From Patescibacteria group bacterium (GTDB taxonomy: Bacteria; Patescibacteriota; SICC01): a stretch of DNA of 64,000 bases. Made by a program: the position numbers and the translations under genes. The stretch is from NCBI GenBank assembly GCA_040902515.1, contig JBBDXB010000006.1, positions 2,219-66,218 on the forward strand, in the 5' to 3' direction. Each line of letters opens with the position of its first letter. Position 1 is the stretch's first letter. Shown in pieces: positions 23,817 through 37,365 of the stretch. The notes beneath the pieces were generated by a model that had not been told where the DNA came from, ran no database searches, and was given only the letters and a program-made list of their open reading frames with translations.

Positions 23817-24288
23817 CGGGTTTAGGCGCCTTCGCGGCAGCCGGCTTCTTCGTAGTAGCGGCCTGCTTGGTCTTGGCTTTCGCGGCGGGCTTATCCGCCG
23901 TCAGCCAAGGGTGTTCGATCTCCCGCTCACCGGCTCGTACGGGAACCTCCTTCATCCGGGCGGCCTTGCCGGCACGGTCCCGCATGTAGTGCAATTGCGC
24001 GCGGCGTACCTTGGCACCGCGCTGGATCTCGATCTTGGTGATCTTCGGAGAGTGCAACGCGAACGTACGCTCTACCCCGACGCCCGAGCTGATCCGCCGG
24101 ACGGTGAACGTCGCCTCCGGACCGATACCGCCGCGGCGGCGGATCGCCAAGCCTTCGAAGTACTGCGTCCGCTCCTTGCCGCCTTCCTTGACGGTCGTGT
24201 ACACCCGGACCCGGTCGCCGGAGCGTACATCCGTGAAGACGGGCTTCACGAAGGCGGCGGATGCTTTCCTGAGTAATTGCTGGCTCAT
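23770..24288 (-). CDS. rplS: 50S ribosomal protein L19 with Lys/Ala-rich C-terminal extension
   Basis: [62 protein letters not shown] is the canonical L19 core. Confidence 0.92.
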   Translation of the reverse strand: MSQQLLRKASAAFVKPVFTDVRSGDRVRVYTTVKEGGKERTQYFEGLAIRRRGGIGPEATFTVRRISSGVGVERTFALHSPKITKIEIQRGAKVRRAQLHYMRDRAGKAARMKEVPVRAGEREIEHPWLTADKPAAKAKTKQAATTKKPAAAKAPKPDVSKAEVKRPKTDGN

Positions 24289-24336
24289 GGGACGAAAAGT
24301 TACCCAATGATGATAGCATGCACCGCCGGGAGAGGC

Positions 24337-27300
24337 CTACCGGGCCTCGATGGCGATTCCCCAGTCCACGGCTTCGAGCGCCTCGGTCAGGGCTTTCGAA
24401 TAACGCACGCCGTGATTCAGCTTGAGCCGCTTCGCTTCCCCGTTCCGGGGAAGCACCAGGTAGACCGGCGATTCGCCGCGGTGCTCAAGAAGCGTCTGTT
24501 TGATCGACTCGAGCGTCGCCATGGTCGTATGGGATCCCAGCTTGACCGTCAGGGACTCGCAGGGAACCTCTGAATCAGGCCCCGGCCGGTCGGCGGCGCC
24601 TGGCCGGGAAGCGGACGCCCCCGTGACTGCCGCGTCCAGGTCATCGATCGCCACTTCGCCATCCGCGGGTACGGGCCGGGCCATGGTCGGCCTGGCATCG
24701 TTGGTGAGCGGCTCCAGTGAGTCAGCCAGGATCTTCGGCTCATCGTCCTTGCGCGATACCTTTCCGGTGACCTTCAGGATGGCACCGGGAGCGAGGTGCT
24801 GTCGGACTTCGAGGTAAAGCTTCGGGAAGACGATCAGCTCGAGCCTCTGATGGCGGTCCTCCACCGTGACGAACGCCATCGGTTCGCCTTTCTTGGTATT
24901 GATACGCTTCGCGAAAGAGACCAGGCAGGCGATCTCCACCGGCCGGCCGTCGGGAAGCTGCGCGATCGAGGAGATCGCGGCGAACTGCTTGACCACCTGC
25001 TCATACGAGGCAAGCGGGTGCTCGGACACGTACATACCGAGCAGTTCGCGTTCCCACTCCAGCTTCTGCCGGTCATCCACGTCACCCGCCACCGGCAGCG
25101 TGAACGACCCGCCGGTGTCCGGCTGGTCGCCGAAGAGACTGGTCTGGCCGTTACGCCCCTCCGCCGCTCGGACCGCCGCGAAACGGCTCATCGGCTCGAG
25201 ACCGGCCAGCATCCGGCCCCGGTCCGCCAGTGAGTCCAGCGCACCCGCCTTGATCAATGCCTCGAGTGACTTCTTGTTAGCCGTGCCTTCCGGAAGACGT
25301 GCCAGCAGGTCCGACAAGTCCGTGAAGTGCCCGTCCGCCTTTCGGCTCTTCACGATGGCCTCGGCGGTATTGCGACCGAGATTCTTGATCGCATCGAGGC
25401 CGAACCGGATGCTCTGCTTGTCCGGTGCCACCGCGAAATCCTGGAACGATTCGTTCACGTCCGGAGGCAGTACTTCGATACCGAGGTTGTTCGCGTCCGT
25501 TATCGCCGCGGAGAGTTTGTCGAGATTCTCCTGCTCGGAGGTCATCAGTGCCGCCATGAAGGCGCTCGGGTAGTGCGCCTTAAGATAGGCCGTCTGGTAG
25601 GCGATCAGCGCGTAACAGGCCGCATGCGACTTGTTGAAGCCGTATTGGGCGAACGCCTCGAAGAGGTCGAAGAGCTTCTTGCCGAGCGTCTCATCGTGTC
25701 CGTTCGCCACCACGCCCTCGATCAGCTTCGGCCGCATCTGGTCCATCAGTGCCTTGATCTTCTTGCCCACGGCCTTGCGAAGCGTATCCGCGTCGCCGCC
25801 GCTGAAGCCGGCCAGGTCCTTCGAGATCTGCATGATCTGTTCCTGGTAGACCAGGACGCCGTAGGTGGACTCCAACGCACCCTTGAGGTCCGGGTGCAGG
25901 TATTCGATCTTCTCCTTGCCGTGCTTGCGGCGGATGAACGAGTCGATGAACTGCATCGGCCCCGGACGGTAGAGCGAGACCATCGCGATGATGTCGTCGA
26001 AACGCGAGGGCTTGAGCTCCTTGATATAGCGCCGCATGCCTTCGGACTCCAACTGGAAGATGCCATGGGTCCGGCCTTCCGACAGGAGCTGGAACGTCTT
26101 GGCGTCATCGAGCGGGAGCGTATCCACGTCGATCTCGTCACCATGCACCGCTTCGATGATCTCGACGGCGTTCCGGAGGATCGTCAGATTGGAGAGCCCG
26201 AGGAAATCCATCTTGAGGAGCCCGATCGATTCGATCGGGTACATCGAATACTGGGTCACCACGGAATGGTCATCGCCGCCGCGGGTAGCGTGCTGCAAGG
26301 GGACATACTCGTTGAGCGGCTTGTCGCCGATCACCACGCCCGCCGCGTGGGTCGAGGCATGCCGGACCGAACCTTCGATGCGGGAAGCCAAGTCGAGAAG
26401 CCGGTCCACCTGCGGATTCTGTCCGGCAAGCTCCTTCAGTTCCGGCTGCTTCTTGGCATCGGCCAGGTCCATGCCGAACGGAATCAGCTTCGCGACCTGG
26501 TCAACCTCGCCGTAGGACATGCCCATCACCCGGCCGGTATCACGCACCGCCGCCCGGGCGGCCATGGTGCCGAACGTGATGATCTGGGCCACGCGGTCGT
26601 GTCCATACTTCTCGGCGACGTACTCGATGATCTCTCCGCGCCGGTCGTCGGCGAAGTCCATGTCGATGTCGGGCATGCTGATCCGGTCCGGGTTCAGGAA
26701 CCGTTCGAAGAGCAGGTCGTACGTGAGGGGATCAAGCGTGGTGATGTCGAGCGCGTACGAGACGATGCTTCCCGCCGCCGAGCCGCGTCCGGGGCCGACC
26801 CAGATGCCGCGCTTCTTCGCCTCATGCACGAAGTCGGCGACGATCAGGAAGTAGCTCTCGAACCCCATCTTCTCGATGACGCCGAGCTCGTACTCGACAC
26901 GTTCCCGGACCTCCGTGCTGGGATCCGCGCCATATCGCCGCTCCACGCCTTTCGCCACGAGCTTCCGGAGCTGGCTCCGCTCCGTCTCGCCCTTCTCCAC
27001 CTCGAACGCGGGGAGGATGATCCTTCCAAGCTCGAGCTCCAGCTCGCACCGCTCGGCGATCGCGACGGTATTGGCCACCGCTTCCGGGGTATCGGCGAAG
27101 CTTTCCCGCATCTCCTGCGGCGTCTTCAGCGAGAAGTCCTCGCCGGTCATGTTCAGGCGATCGGTCTCATCGAGCGTCTTGCCGGTCTGGATGCAGACCA
27201 GCACGTCCTGCGCTTCGGCATCGTCCGGGAGTACGTAGTGGGCGTCGTTGGTACCGACCAAGGGCAGGCCCTTCTCCTTGGCGATCCGCTTGAGCCCGTC

Positions 27301-27870
27301 GTTCAGCTGCCCCTGTTCGGGGATGTTCGGATGGTGCTGGAGTTCGAGGTGGTACCGGTCGCCGAACAGCGTCGCGAACCTGTCGATCACTTTCTTCGCC
27401 GCCGCCTCACCGCCGCTGCGGAACGCGTTCGCCACTTCTCCCTGCAGGCACGCGGACGTGCAGATCAGCCCTTCGTGGTACTGCTTGAGCAGCTCCCAGT
27501 CGATCCGGGGCTTGTAGTAGAACCCTTCGAGATGCGCGGCGGTTACCAACTTGATCAGGTTCTGGTAGCCGGTCATGTTCTGCGCGAGCAGGATCAGGTG
27601 GTATGGGTTCGTGTCGGCCGTGGGATCCTTGTCCCGCCGGCCCCGCCGGGCCACGTAGACCTCGCACCCGATGATCGGCTTGATGCCTTCCTTGGTCGCC
27701 GTCTGGTAGAACTCGATCGCGCCGTACAGCACGCCGTGGTCCGTGAGTGCCAGCGAATCCATCCCCTGCCGCTTGGTCTCCTTGACCAGGCCGGGAATCT
27801 TGCCGAGCCCGTCGAGCAGGCTGTAGTGGGAGTGGGTATGGAGATGGACGAATTGCGGTTTCGGCATCAC
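24337..27870 (-). CDS. dnaE: DNA polymerase III alpha subunit
   Basis: 1177 aa. PHP domain HLHTHSHYSLLDG, polymerase core, OB-fold. Confidence 0.95.
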   Translation of the reverse strand: MMPKPQFVHLHTHSHYSLLDGLGKIPGLVKETKRQGMDSLALTDHGVLYGAIEFYQTATKEGIKPIIGCEVYVARRGRRDKDPTADTNPYHLILLAQNMTGYQNLIKLVTAAHLEGFYYKPRIDWELLKQYHEGLICTSACLQGEVANAFRSGGEAAAKKVIDRFATLFGDRYHLELQHHPNIPEQGQLNDGLKRIAKEKGLPLVGTNDAHYVLPDDAEAQDVLVCIQTGKTLDETDRLNMTGEDFSLKTPQEMRESFADTPEAVANTVAIAERCELELELGRIILPAFEVEKGETERSQLRKLVAKGVERRYGADPSTEVRERVEYELGVIEKMGFESYFLIVADFVHEAKKRGIWVGPGRGSAAGSIVSYALDITTLDPLTYDLLFERFLNPDRISMPDIDMDFADDRRGEIIEYVAEKYGHDRVAQIITFGTMAARAAVRDTGRVMGMSYGEVDQVAKLIPFGMDLADAKKQPELKELAGQNPQVDRLLDLASRIEGSVRHASTHAAGVVIGDKPLNEYVPLQHATRGGDDHSVVTQYSMYPIESIGLLKMDFLGLSNLTILRNAVEIIEAVHGDEIDVDTLPLDDAKTFQLLSEGRTHGIFQLESEGMRRYIKELKPSRFDDIIAMVSLYRPGPMQFIDSFIRRKHGKEKIEYLHPDLKGALESTYGVLVYQEQIMQISKDLAGFSGGDADTLRKAVGKKIKALMDQMRPKLIEGVVANGHDETLGKKLFDLFEAFAQYGFNKSHAACYALIAYQTAYLKAHYPSAFMAALMTSEQENLDKLSAAITDANNLGIEVLPPDVNESFQDFAVAPDKQSIRFGLDAIKNLGRNTAEAIVKSRKADGHFTDLSDLLARLPEGTANKKSLEALIKAGALDSLADRGRMLAGLEPMSRFAAVRAAEGRNGQTSLFGDQPDTGGSFTLPVAGDVDDRQKLEWERELLGMYVSEHPLASYEQVVKQFAAISSIAQLPDGRPVEIACLVSFAKRINTKKGEPMAFVTVEDRHQRLELIVFPKLYLEVRQHLAPGAILKVTGKVSRKDDEPKILADSLEPLTNDARPTMARPVPADGEVAIDDLDAAVTGASASRPGAADRPGPDSEVPCESLTVKLGSHTTMATLESIKQTLLEHRGESPVYLVLPRNGEAKRLKLNHGVRYSKALTEALEAVDWGIAIEAR

Positions 27871-27879
27871 GCTCCTATC

Positions 27880-28488
27880 TTACTCATCTTCGCCCCGCAC
27901 CGTCCCGCTGCGCCGGTCCAAGTAGACGGCCGTGCCCAGCACTGCCAGGACGACCAGCGCCAGCCCGATCAACAGCGCCGCGATCCAGCTGAAGAACCCG
28001 TGGACCAATGCGACCGTGCCGTCCACAAGCGCTTGGCCGGGAGCCGTATCGGCCAGGAAAAGGACCAACAGGAAGAAGCCCCCGAGACCGACCAACCCAC
28101 GGAGCAACCAGCGTTGCCGGGCACGGACCAGTCCCCAGTAGAGCTTCACCTGGGCGCCGAAGGAGTCCCGTTGCCGGGTCAAGTCGTTGAGGTCCGCCAC
28201 GGCCTGCCGGAACGATTGCAGGTATCCCTTCGCCCGCTCCTTGGTTAGCGCGCCGGTGGTTCCGTGACGCAGCCGGTGCGCGTATGCGTACGCCTTCGTC
28301 ACGTCCGCGGGACGGGTCAGGTGCAACTTGACCGCCTCCAGCCGCTCTGCCGGCGTCTTGCCGGGTATGCGTTCGTCCTCCATCCGATCCTCGAAGAGCT
28401 TGGCAGCCTCAAGCAGCGCCAGCTTGTAGCCGGTAACGGTGTTCTCCTTTTCCGCCTCTTCGACGGAGGTCCAGTCGATCGTTGCCAC
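27880..28488 (-). CDS. Hypothetical membrane protein (soluble N-domain plus 2 TM)
   Basis: 202 aa. It is first in transcription order after the four small membrane genes and ends 10 nt before dnaE. Confidence 0.55.
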   Translation of the reverse strand: MATIDWTSVEEAEKENTVTGYKLALLEAAKLFEDRMEDERIPGKTPAERLEAVKLHLTRPADVTKAYAYAHRLRHGTTGALTKERAKGYLQSFRQAVADLNDLTRQRDSFGAQVKLYWGLVRARQRWLLRGLVGLGGFFLLVLFLADTAPGQALVDGTVALVHGFFSWIAALLIGLALVVLAVLGTAVYLDRRSGTVRGEDE

Positions 28489-28548
28489 GTCCCTAGCTTA
28501 CCAGCCGTCGCTGCCGCCGGTCAGGGCCGAGCGGCCGTCCGATGTGCG

Positions 28549-28857
28549 TCACACCGAGGATCGGATCTGTTCGCTGGTGGTCCTGAAAAACTCGCCGACG
28601 ATGCCGGGCAGATACTGGCCGACCCAGGCCAGCAGCGCGACCACCAGCGCGACGACGATCGTAGCACCGACGACGGCCCCGAAACCCCGGGCCAACCCCA
28701 CCAGGAAATTCTTCCAAAGCAATCGTTTCGTATTAGTGAGGGTTTCGACGTAGTCGATGAAACGTCCGCGCTCAAGTGCCAGCGCGAACTTGTGGAGCAC
28801 GTCGGCGTCCCGTTCCGACGGTTTCCGCTTACCGCGGCTCCGCGAGGCAGCCATCAC
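28549..28857 (-). CDS. Small membrane protein (1 TM)
   Basis: 102 aa with TM segment VGATIVVALVVALLAWV. It has a 4-nt overlap with the upstream YtxH-like gene. Confidence 0.5.
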   Translation of the reverse strand: MMAASRSRGKRKPSERDADVLHKFALALERGRFIDYVETLTNTKRLLWKNFLVGLARGFGAVVGATIVVALVVALLAWVGQYLPGIVGEFFRTTSEQIRSSV

Positions 28858-29174
28858 TGATCAGACGTCCGGCGCCGGGCACGCTTTCCCGCCCGGTCGA
28901 CGCTGCGACTTGCCTGCCGTTTCGCCTTGACGCCGCTGCGCTTGGCCTGCCGGCTCAGTTTGCCCGCGGAACGGCGTACCTGCTTCGCCTGGCGGGTCGC
29001 CTGGGTCCGGGCCTTACGGGCCTGTTTGCCCGCCTCCCCTGCGACCTGTTGGGACTTCTGCTGGATATCGTCGCGCGTCTCCTTGCCGGTCTTCGGTGCG
29101 AATAGCAGTCCGGCTACCGCGCCGATCGCCGCACCGAGGAACGTGCCTTTGAGAAACTTACCTTGTCGTGCCAT
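28854..29174 (-). CDS. YtxH-like general stress protein
   Basis: N-terminus GTFLGAAIGAVAGLLFAPKTGKETRDDI (GxxxG zipper plus the LFAPKTGKETR signature), followed by a K/R/Q-rich helix. Confidence 0.7.
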   Translation of the reverse strand: MARQGKFLKGTFLGAAIGAVAGLLFAPKTGKETRDDIQQKSQQVAGEAGKQARKARTQATRQAKQVRRSAGKLSRQAKRSGVKAKRQASRSVDRAGKRARRRTSDQ

Positions 29175-29191
29175 GGATTCCCTCCGCTTAA

Positions 29192-29569
29192 TTACTCGGA
29201 ACTTGGTTCGTGACGGAGCAGCCGCGTCGCGAGGACGAGCAAGTATCCCAGCAGTCCGTAAATGATCATCGCGACCAGTGATTCGATCTCGAGCCGCTGT
29301 CCGGTGTAGCTGTTGTAGGTATCGAGATTACCGAATATCCCCGCGAACGGCGCGATCAGCGGAGCCGTCATGCTGTACCAGAAGTCCACGAACGGTGCGC
29401 CGGTCTGGGCCCCGAAAAGCAGCAGGATGAACCGGATCAGGATCAACGTGACGACGACCGCGGTGATGAACCAGATGACGTCCTCGACCTTCCGCACCTT
29501 GCGGTCATCTTGGTCGGCGGCAGCGGTATCGGTTTTTTCCGTCCTAGTCCGTACTTCATGAGCCATCAT
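29192..29569 (-). CDS. YggT-family-like small membrane protein
   Basis: 125 aa. The two TM helices and PFVDFWYSMTAPLIAPF resemble the YggT/Ycf19 core. Tentative. Confidence 0.5.
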   Translation of the reverse strand: MMAHEVRTRTEKTDTAAADQDDRKVRKVEDVIWFITAVVVTLILIRFILLLFGAQTGAPFVDFWYSMTAPLIAPFAGIFGNLDTYNSYTGQRLEIESLVAMIIYGLLGYLLVLATRLLRHEPSSE

Positions 29570-29865
29570 CGGCCTCCTTTCTTTCCTCTACGGGCAACGC
29601 TCTTTATGCCTTTGTTGAATCCGGCCATCACGCCGGCGACGGTCGCCAGCGGCCGGAGCAGATTCGAACTGTACGCGTTGACGGTGTCGCCCGCCCGTTC
29701 GGCGGCGCCCTTCAGCGGCTCGGCGACATCATGGATCTTCTCCACCAGCTGGCGGATCCGGCGCGTCAGGACGATCAACGCGACGAGCAGGAACGAGAGC
29801 AGGACCGTCATGACAATCAGTCCGACGGAGGCGATCCAAAGGATGGTGCTGGGTACTTCGGTCAT
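29566..29865 (-). CDS. DUF948-like small membrane protein (YtxG-like)
   Basis: 99 aa with an N-terminal TM then an amphipathic helix. It has a 4-nt overlap with the next gene. Confidence 0.55.
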   Translation of the reverse strand: MTEVPSTILWIASVGLIVMTVLLSFLLVALIVLTRRIRQLVEKIHDVAEPLKGAAERAGDTVNAYSSNLLRPLATVAGVMAGFNKGIKSVARRGKKGGR

Positions 29866-29939
29866 ATGGTTATTAGGTTACCGTGTTTTCACACCGTAAC
29901 AAGGTACAGCCGCTTGGCATCGTGCATTCATACAAAAAT

Positions 29940-29967
29940 GAAAAGCCCCTCGCGGGGCTTCTCATCA
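29940..29967 (-). terminator. Rho-independent terminator after the small acidic-protein gene
   Basis: Perfect GCCCCGCGAGGGGC hairpin followed on the minus strand by TTTTCATTTTTG, immediately after the stop at 29981-29983. Confidence 0.6.
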
Positions 29968-29980
29968 TCAGATGCGTGGA

Positions 29981-30226
29981 CTACGCGCCAGCGGCTTCGT
30001 CGCCGCCGGCGTCATCGCCAGCTTCTTCACCGGCGTCGCCAGCGTCATCGCCAGCCTCTTCGCCGGCACCGGCGTCTTCACCGGCGTTTCCGCCGGCTTC
30101 GCCACCGTCACCCTCACCGGCGTTGTCTTCGTCGCCGGCGGGAGCTGCGCTCTCGTCTCCGGCGTCGTCGCCGGGAGTCGGAACGTCCTGCTGTGCATCT
30201 TCGTCTTGAAGAAGGTTGATCAGCAT
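29981..30226 (-). CDS. Small highly acidic repeat protein (81 aa)
   Basis: ATG at 30224-30226 preceded by GGGAGGAG. MLINLLQDEDAQQDVPTPGDD followed by imperfect 11-aa repeats (GEEAGDDAGDA). Terminator directly downstream. Confidence 0.6.
   Translation of the reverse strand: MLINLLQDEDAQQDVPTPGDDAGDESAAPAGDEDNAGEGDGGEAGGNAGEDAGAGEEAGDDAGDAGEEAGDDAGGDEAAGA
29990..30190. repeat. Imperfect tandem 30-33-bp coding repeats inside the acidic-protein gene
   Basis: Units such as gtcatcgccagcttcttcaccggcgtcgccagc, gtcatcgccagcctcttcgccggcaccggc and gtcttcaccggcgtttccgccggcttcgcc. Not a CRISPR array: no constant repeat and no spacers. Confidence 0.6.
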
Positions 30227-30277
30227 AATGCTCCTCCCTGTTAGTTGATACGACATCTGCCGCCAATCGCGGCTTGG

Positions 30278-30312
30278 CTCCATTTTCTCACGGGAAGCAA
30301 GTAGGGTGTCAA
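30278..30312 (-). promoter_or_regulatory. Candidate promoter: TTGACA, 17 nt, TGAGAAAAT (extended -10-like)
   Basis: Read on the minus strand just downstream of the gatB stop and about 50 nt upstream of the acidic-protein ATG. Confidence 0.35.
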
Positions 30313-30319
30313 CTGTTGA

Positions 30320-31818
<1,499 letters not shown>

Positions 31819-31822
<4 letters not shown>

Positions 31823-32247
31823 AACGCCCCCAAGTCTCTCAGCGCCCGCTCGAACTTGGCGAGCATCTGTTTCGTCTCGAACGAGAGCAGCTCCTTGTCG
31901 GCCTCATGCACGACCTGGTTGCGGGTCTTGTGCGCCCGCCACAGGCCGTCGTAATCAGAGAAGCGCGAACGGCTCGCCCGCAACCGGTCGGCGAAAGTGT
32001 CACCCGGTACACCGAGGCGTTTCAGGCAATGGTCCACGAGGGTGTCGGCCTGGACGATCGCCTGCCGAAGATGCGCCGGGCCGCCGCGGCCGGCGTGCTG
32101 CTGCAGCTCCTGCCAGCGCATATGCACGAACCCCTTGTCCTCGGGAGAAAGGTGGCGGGGAAGATGCCGGTGCCGGTATACCAGCATCCAGGCGCCGAAG
32201 ACGACGAGCGCGAACAGGACGACGACGATCCATTCAGCCGGCGTCAT
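31819..32247 (-). CDS. Hypothetical membrane-anchored protein inserted between gatA and gatB
   Basis: 142 aa with N-terminal [20 protein letters not shown]. It has 4-nt overlaps with both the gatA stop and the gatB start. Confidence 0.55.
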
Positions 32248-33599
32248 TCCGGCCTCCGAGCGTGCCAGTCGTGCCGCTGTTCGTAGGCATGGGCTGTCCG
32301 CAGGACGGTCTCCTCCCCCCAGTGCGGGCCCATCAGCTGGATGCCGATCGGAAGCCCCTGGCCGTCGAAGCCACCGGGCACCGAGATCGCCGGCAATCCC
32401 GCGAGGTTCGCAGTGACCGTGAAGATGTCGTTCAGGTACATCGCCAGCGGGTCATCGGCCTTCTCGCCGACCTTGAACGCGGTCGTCGGGGTGGTCGGGG
32501 TGAGCAGGACGTCGACATCCTTGAATGCCCGTTCGAAGTCCCGCGCGATCAGCGTCCGCACCTGCATGGCTTTCTTGTAGTACGCCTCGTGGTACCCGGA
32601 CGACAACGCATAGGTCCCGAGCATAATCCGGCGCTTCACTTCATCTCCGAACCCGCGGCCGCGGGTCTGGAGGTAGACGTCCTCAAGCGTGCCGCGCCAG
32701 TCCGGATCCCGTTCGACGGAATCACCGAAGCGGATGCCATCGTATCGGGCCAGGTTCGAAGAGGCCTCCGCCGGCATCACGATGTAGTAGGCCGCGACGG
32801 CATACTTGGTGTGCGGAAGCGAGGCCTCGCGTACCGTCGCGCCGGCGCTGCGCAGGTCGTCGGCCGCGGCCTCGACCGCCTGCTTCACTTCCGGCTGCAA
32901 CCCGTCTTCGGCGGAATCGAAATACTCTTTCGGCAGGCCGACCGTGAGCCCCTTTACGTCCCCCGTGAGCGCCTTCCGGTAATCCGGGACCGGGTAGTCC
33001 ACGCTGGTCGCATCGAGCGAATCGTCGCCGGAGAGCACCCCCAGGACGGTCGCCGCGTCCGCGACTGTCGTGGTGAGCGTGCCGGCCTGGTCGAGTGAAC
33101 TGGCCATGGCGATCAGGCCATACCGGGAGACGCGCCCATACGTCGGCTTGAGTCCGACCACGCCACAGAAGGCCGCCGGTTGGCGGACCGACCCGCCGGT
33201 ATCCGTGCCGAGCGCCACCGGCACCGACCGGCCTGCGACCGCTGCCGCCGAACCGCCGGAGCTACCGCCCGGCACACGCTCCGGATCCCACGGATTCACC
33301 GTCGTACCCAGGGCCGATGTCTCGGTCGAAGATCCCATCGCGAATTCGTCGAGGTTCGTCTTGCCGTCGATGATCGCGCCGGCTTCCTTCAGGCGGGTGA
33401 CGACCGTCGCGTCGTACGGGCTCTTGAACGGCTCCAGAATCTTCGAAGCCGCCGTGCTGGTCCGGCCATCGGCCGTAACGATGATGTCCTTCACGGCAAC
33501 CGGGACGCCCTTCAACTTCCCGGCATCGAGCGTCTTCCGCGCCGCGTCCATGTCGACCGCTTCGGGTGCCCGACCAAGGTACGGGCTGGCCTCAGTCAC
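32244..33599 (-). CDS. gatA: Glutamyl-tRNA(Gln) amidotransferase subunit A
   Basis: Amidase signature [13 protein letters not shown] with the Ser-cisSer-Lys triad context. Confidence 0.93.
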   Translation of the reverse strand: MTEASPYLGRAPEAVDMDAARKTLDAGKLKGVPVAVKDIIVTADGRTSTAASKILEPFKSPYDATVVTRLKEAGAIIDGKTNLDEFAMGSSTETSALGTTVNPWDPERVPGGSSGGSAAAVAGRSVPVALGTDTGGSVRQPAAFCGVVGLKPTYGRVSRYGLIAMASSLDQAGTLTTTVADAATVLGVLSGDDSLDATSVDYPVPDYRKALTGDVKGLTVGLPKEYFDSAEDGLQPEVKQAVEAAADDLRSAGATVREASLPHTKYAVAAYYIVMPAEASSNLARYDGIRFGDSVERDPDWRGTLEDVYLQTRGRGFGDEVKRRIMLGTYALSSGYHEAYYKKAMQVRTLIARDFERAFKDVDVLLTPTTPTTAFKVGEKADDPLAMYLNDIFTVTANLAGLPAISVPGGFDGQGLPIGIQLMGPHWGEETVLRTAHAYEQRHDWHARRPE

Positions 33600-33879
33600 G
33601 GAAGACCCCCTTTACCTTGATGCTCGTTCCTTCCAGCGCCGGAGAATCCACCGGCAAGGTGTCCTGATGCTCGTTCAGGATCTCATCTTCCGCCAGGTCA
33701 TTCACCTGGCCCGTCGCTTGTGCCATCGGCGGCACGCCGTCGGTGTCTACTTTGTTCAGTTGCTGCACATAGCCAAGAATCGTGGACAGTTGAGCCTGAT
33801 GCGCCACCAGCACCTCGTCACTGAGGCCGAGGCGGGCCAGCCGGGCCACCGCCCGGGTTGTCTGTTTGTCGATTTCCAC
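33592..33879 (-). CDS. gatC: Asp/Glu-tRNA amidotransferase subunit C
   Basis: 95 aa. [49 protein letters not shown]. Overlaps gatA by 8 nt. Confidence 0.88.
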   Translation of the reverse strand: MEIDKQTTRAVARLARLGLSDEVLVAHQAQLSTILGYVQQLNKVDTDGVPPMAQATGQVNDLAEDEILNEHQDTLPVDSPALEGTSIKVKGVFRD

Positions 33880-33964
33880 CTTTCCAGCTTAGCGGCTGGC
33901 GGGATGACACTCCACCAAGGTCGATTCCCCGCCGATGATCCACGCCTGGAGACTACCCGCATGC

Positions 33965-33993
33965 TTGACAAAATAGCTTAACTGAGGTAATAT
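33965..33993 (+). promoter_or_regulatory. Near-consensus sigma70 promoter: TTGACA, 17 nt, TAATAT
   Basis: TTGACA at 33965-33970, spacer aaatagcttaactgagg (17 nt), TAATAT at 33988-33993. It drives the plus-strand unit 34019-34750. Confidence 0.6.
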
Positions 33994-34018
33994 CTCCCAA
34001 TCGACTAAATTCGATGAC

Positions 34019-34160
34019 CATGGACCCCAAGCACAGACACGAACAACCGTCCTTCGATTTCGGGCATGAGGACCAGGAAGGCCTGCCGCTCGGCGACGTA
34101 CTTCACAACGCCGACGAAATGGCGGAACATGAGGAAATTGAAGAGGAACTAGGATTATGA
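34019..34160 (+). CDS. Possible 46-aa acidic leader/small ORF
   Basis: ATG about 18 nt after the predicted start site, with no clear SD. Sequence MDPKHRHEQPSFDFGHEDQEGLPLGDVLHNADEMAEHEEIEEELGL. The stop overlaps the next ATG (ATGA). It may simply be a 155-nt 5' UTR. Confidence 0.3.
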
Positions 34161-34750
34161 GCGTAGAACGAGGATCGGATCATTCGCACTACGACGAACA
34201 AGCGTCGGAAGCGCGGCGGCGGCACGCGGAGCATGTCGAGGATGCCCGGCGTGAACACCGACGTGACGTCAGCGCTACCCGGCGGAAGGCGAAGGTAACG
34301 CGCGGCCGAGTAGCGATCGGCGGGGTGGCTGCTGCTGCGACGGTAGCAGGCGCCGGAGAGATGATGGACCGACAGATCGAACACGACACCCTGCGCGGTG
34401 AACGGCACGCCCCGATCGCGGAGGGAATCGAACAGCGGACGCAGGAGCAAGCCCTCCGACAAGAAGCATACGAACGCATGAAGCGGGAGGGCAAGATAGA
34501 CGCCGAAGTACTACGTCCGAAAGGCCCTGCCGCCGACACTCCCGCGGAGTCTCCTGGGACCGGTCTCACCGGCCGTGACGGCACCGTCGACATCGACGGC
34601 GTGACCGGCAGCGTGGAGCTGGACCAGGGCGCGGATTACGAAGCCACGTCCGGAATCATCCCGGGCGGCATCCCGGAGGCCGGAGGGTCCCGGTATCCCG
34701 CGGCACCAGAAGACCACTCGGGCGAGACCGGCGGCGCGACCGCAGGCTGA
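34157..34750 (+). CDS. Hypothetical protein (charged, Ala/Gly-rich central segment)
   Basis: 197 aa. Good SD (GAGGAA...AGGA) before the ATG. It ends 3 nt before the convergent ligA. Confidence 0.55.
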   Translation: MSVERGSDHSHYDEQASEARRRHAEHVEDARREHRRDVSATRRKAKVTRGRVAIGGVAAAATVAGAGEMMDRQIEHDTLRGERHAPIAEGIEQRTQEQALRQEAYERMKREGKIDAEVLRPKGPAADTPAESPGTGLTGRDGTVDIDGVTGSVELDQGADYEATSGIIPGGIPEAGGSRYPAAPEDHSGETGGATAG

Positions 34751-34753
34751 GCC

Positions 34754-37219
<2,466 letters not shown>

Positions 37220-37365
37220 CCACGACAAGGAGCCCGCCGGGGTCACGTATCATCACGATACCGGCCCCGGCGCTTCTTCCTACTTGAAAAAATGACCGGG
37301 TTGTGGTACTTTCTCGAGCCTACGACATTCTTTCCCAACCTGCTGTCCACTACGAAAGGATCGGT

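Noticed and set aside
29990-30190. Possible CRISPR array suggested by the tandem repeats
   Set aside because: The repeats are imperfect and contiguous with no unique spacers. They lie inside a well-formed small ORF. There are no cas genes.
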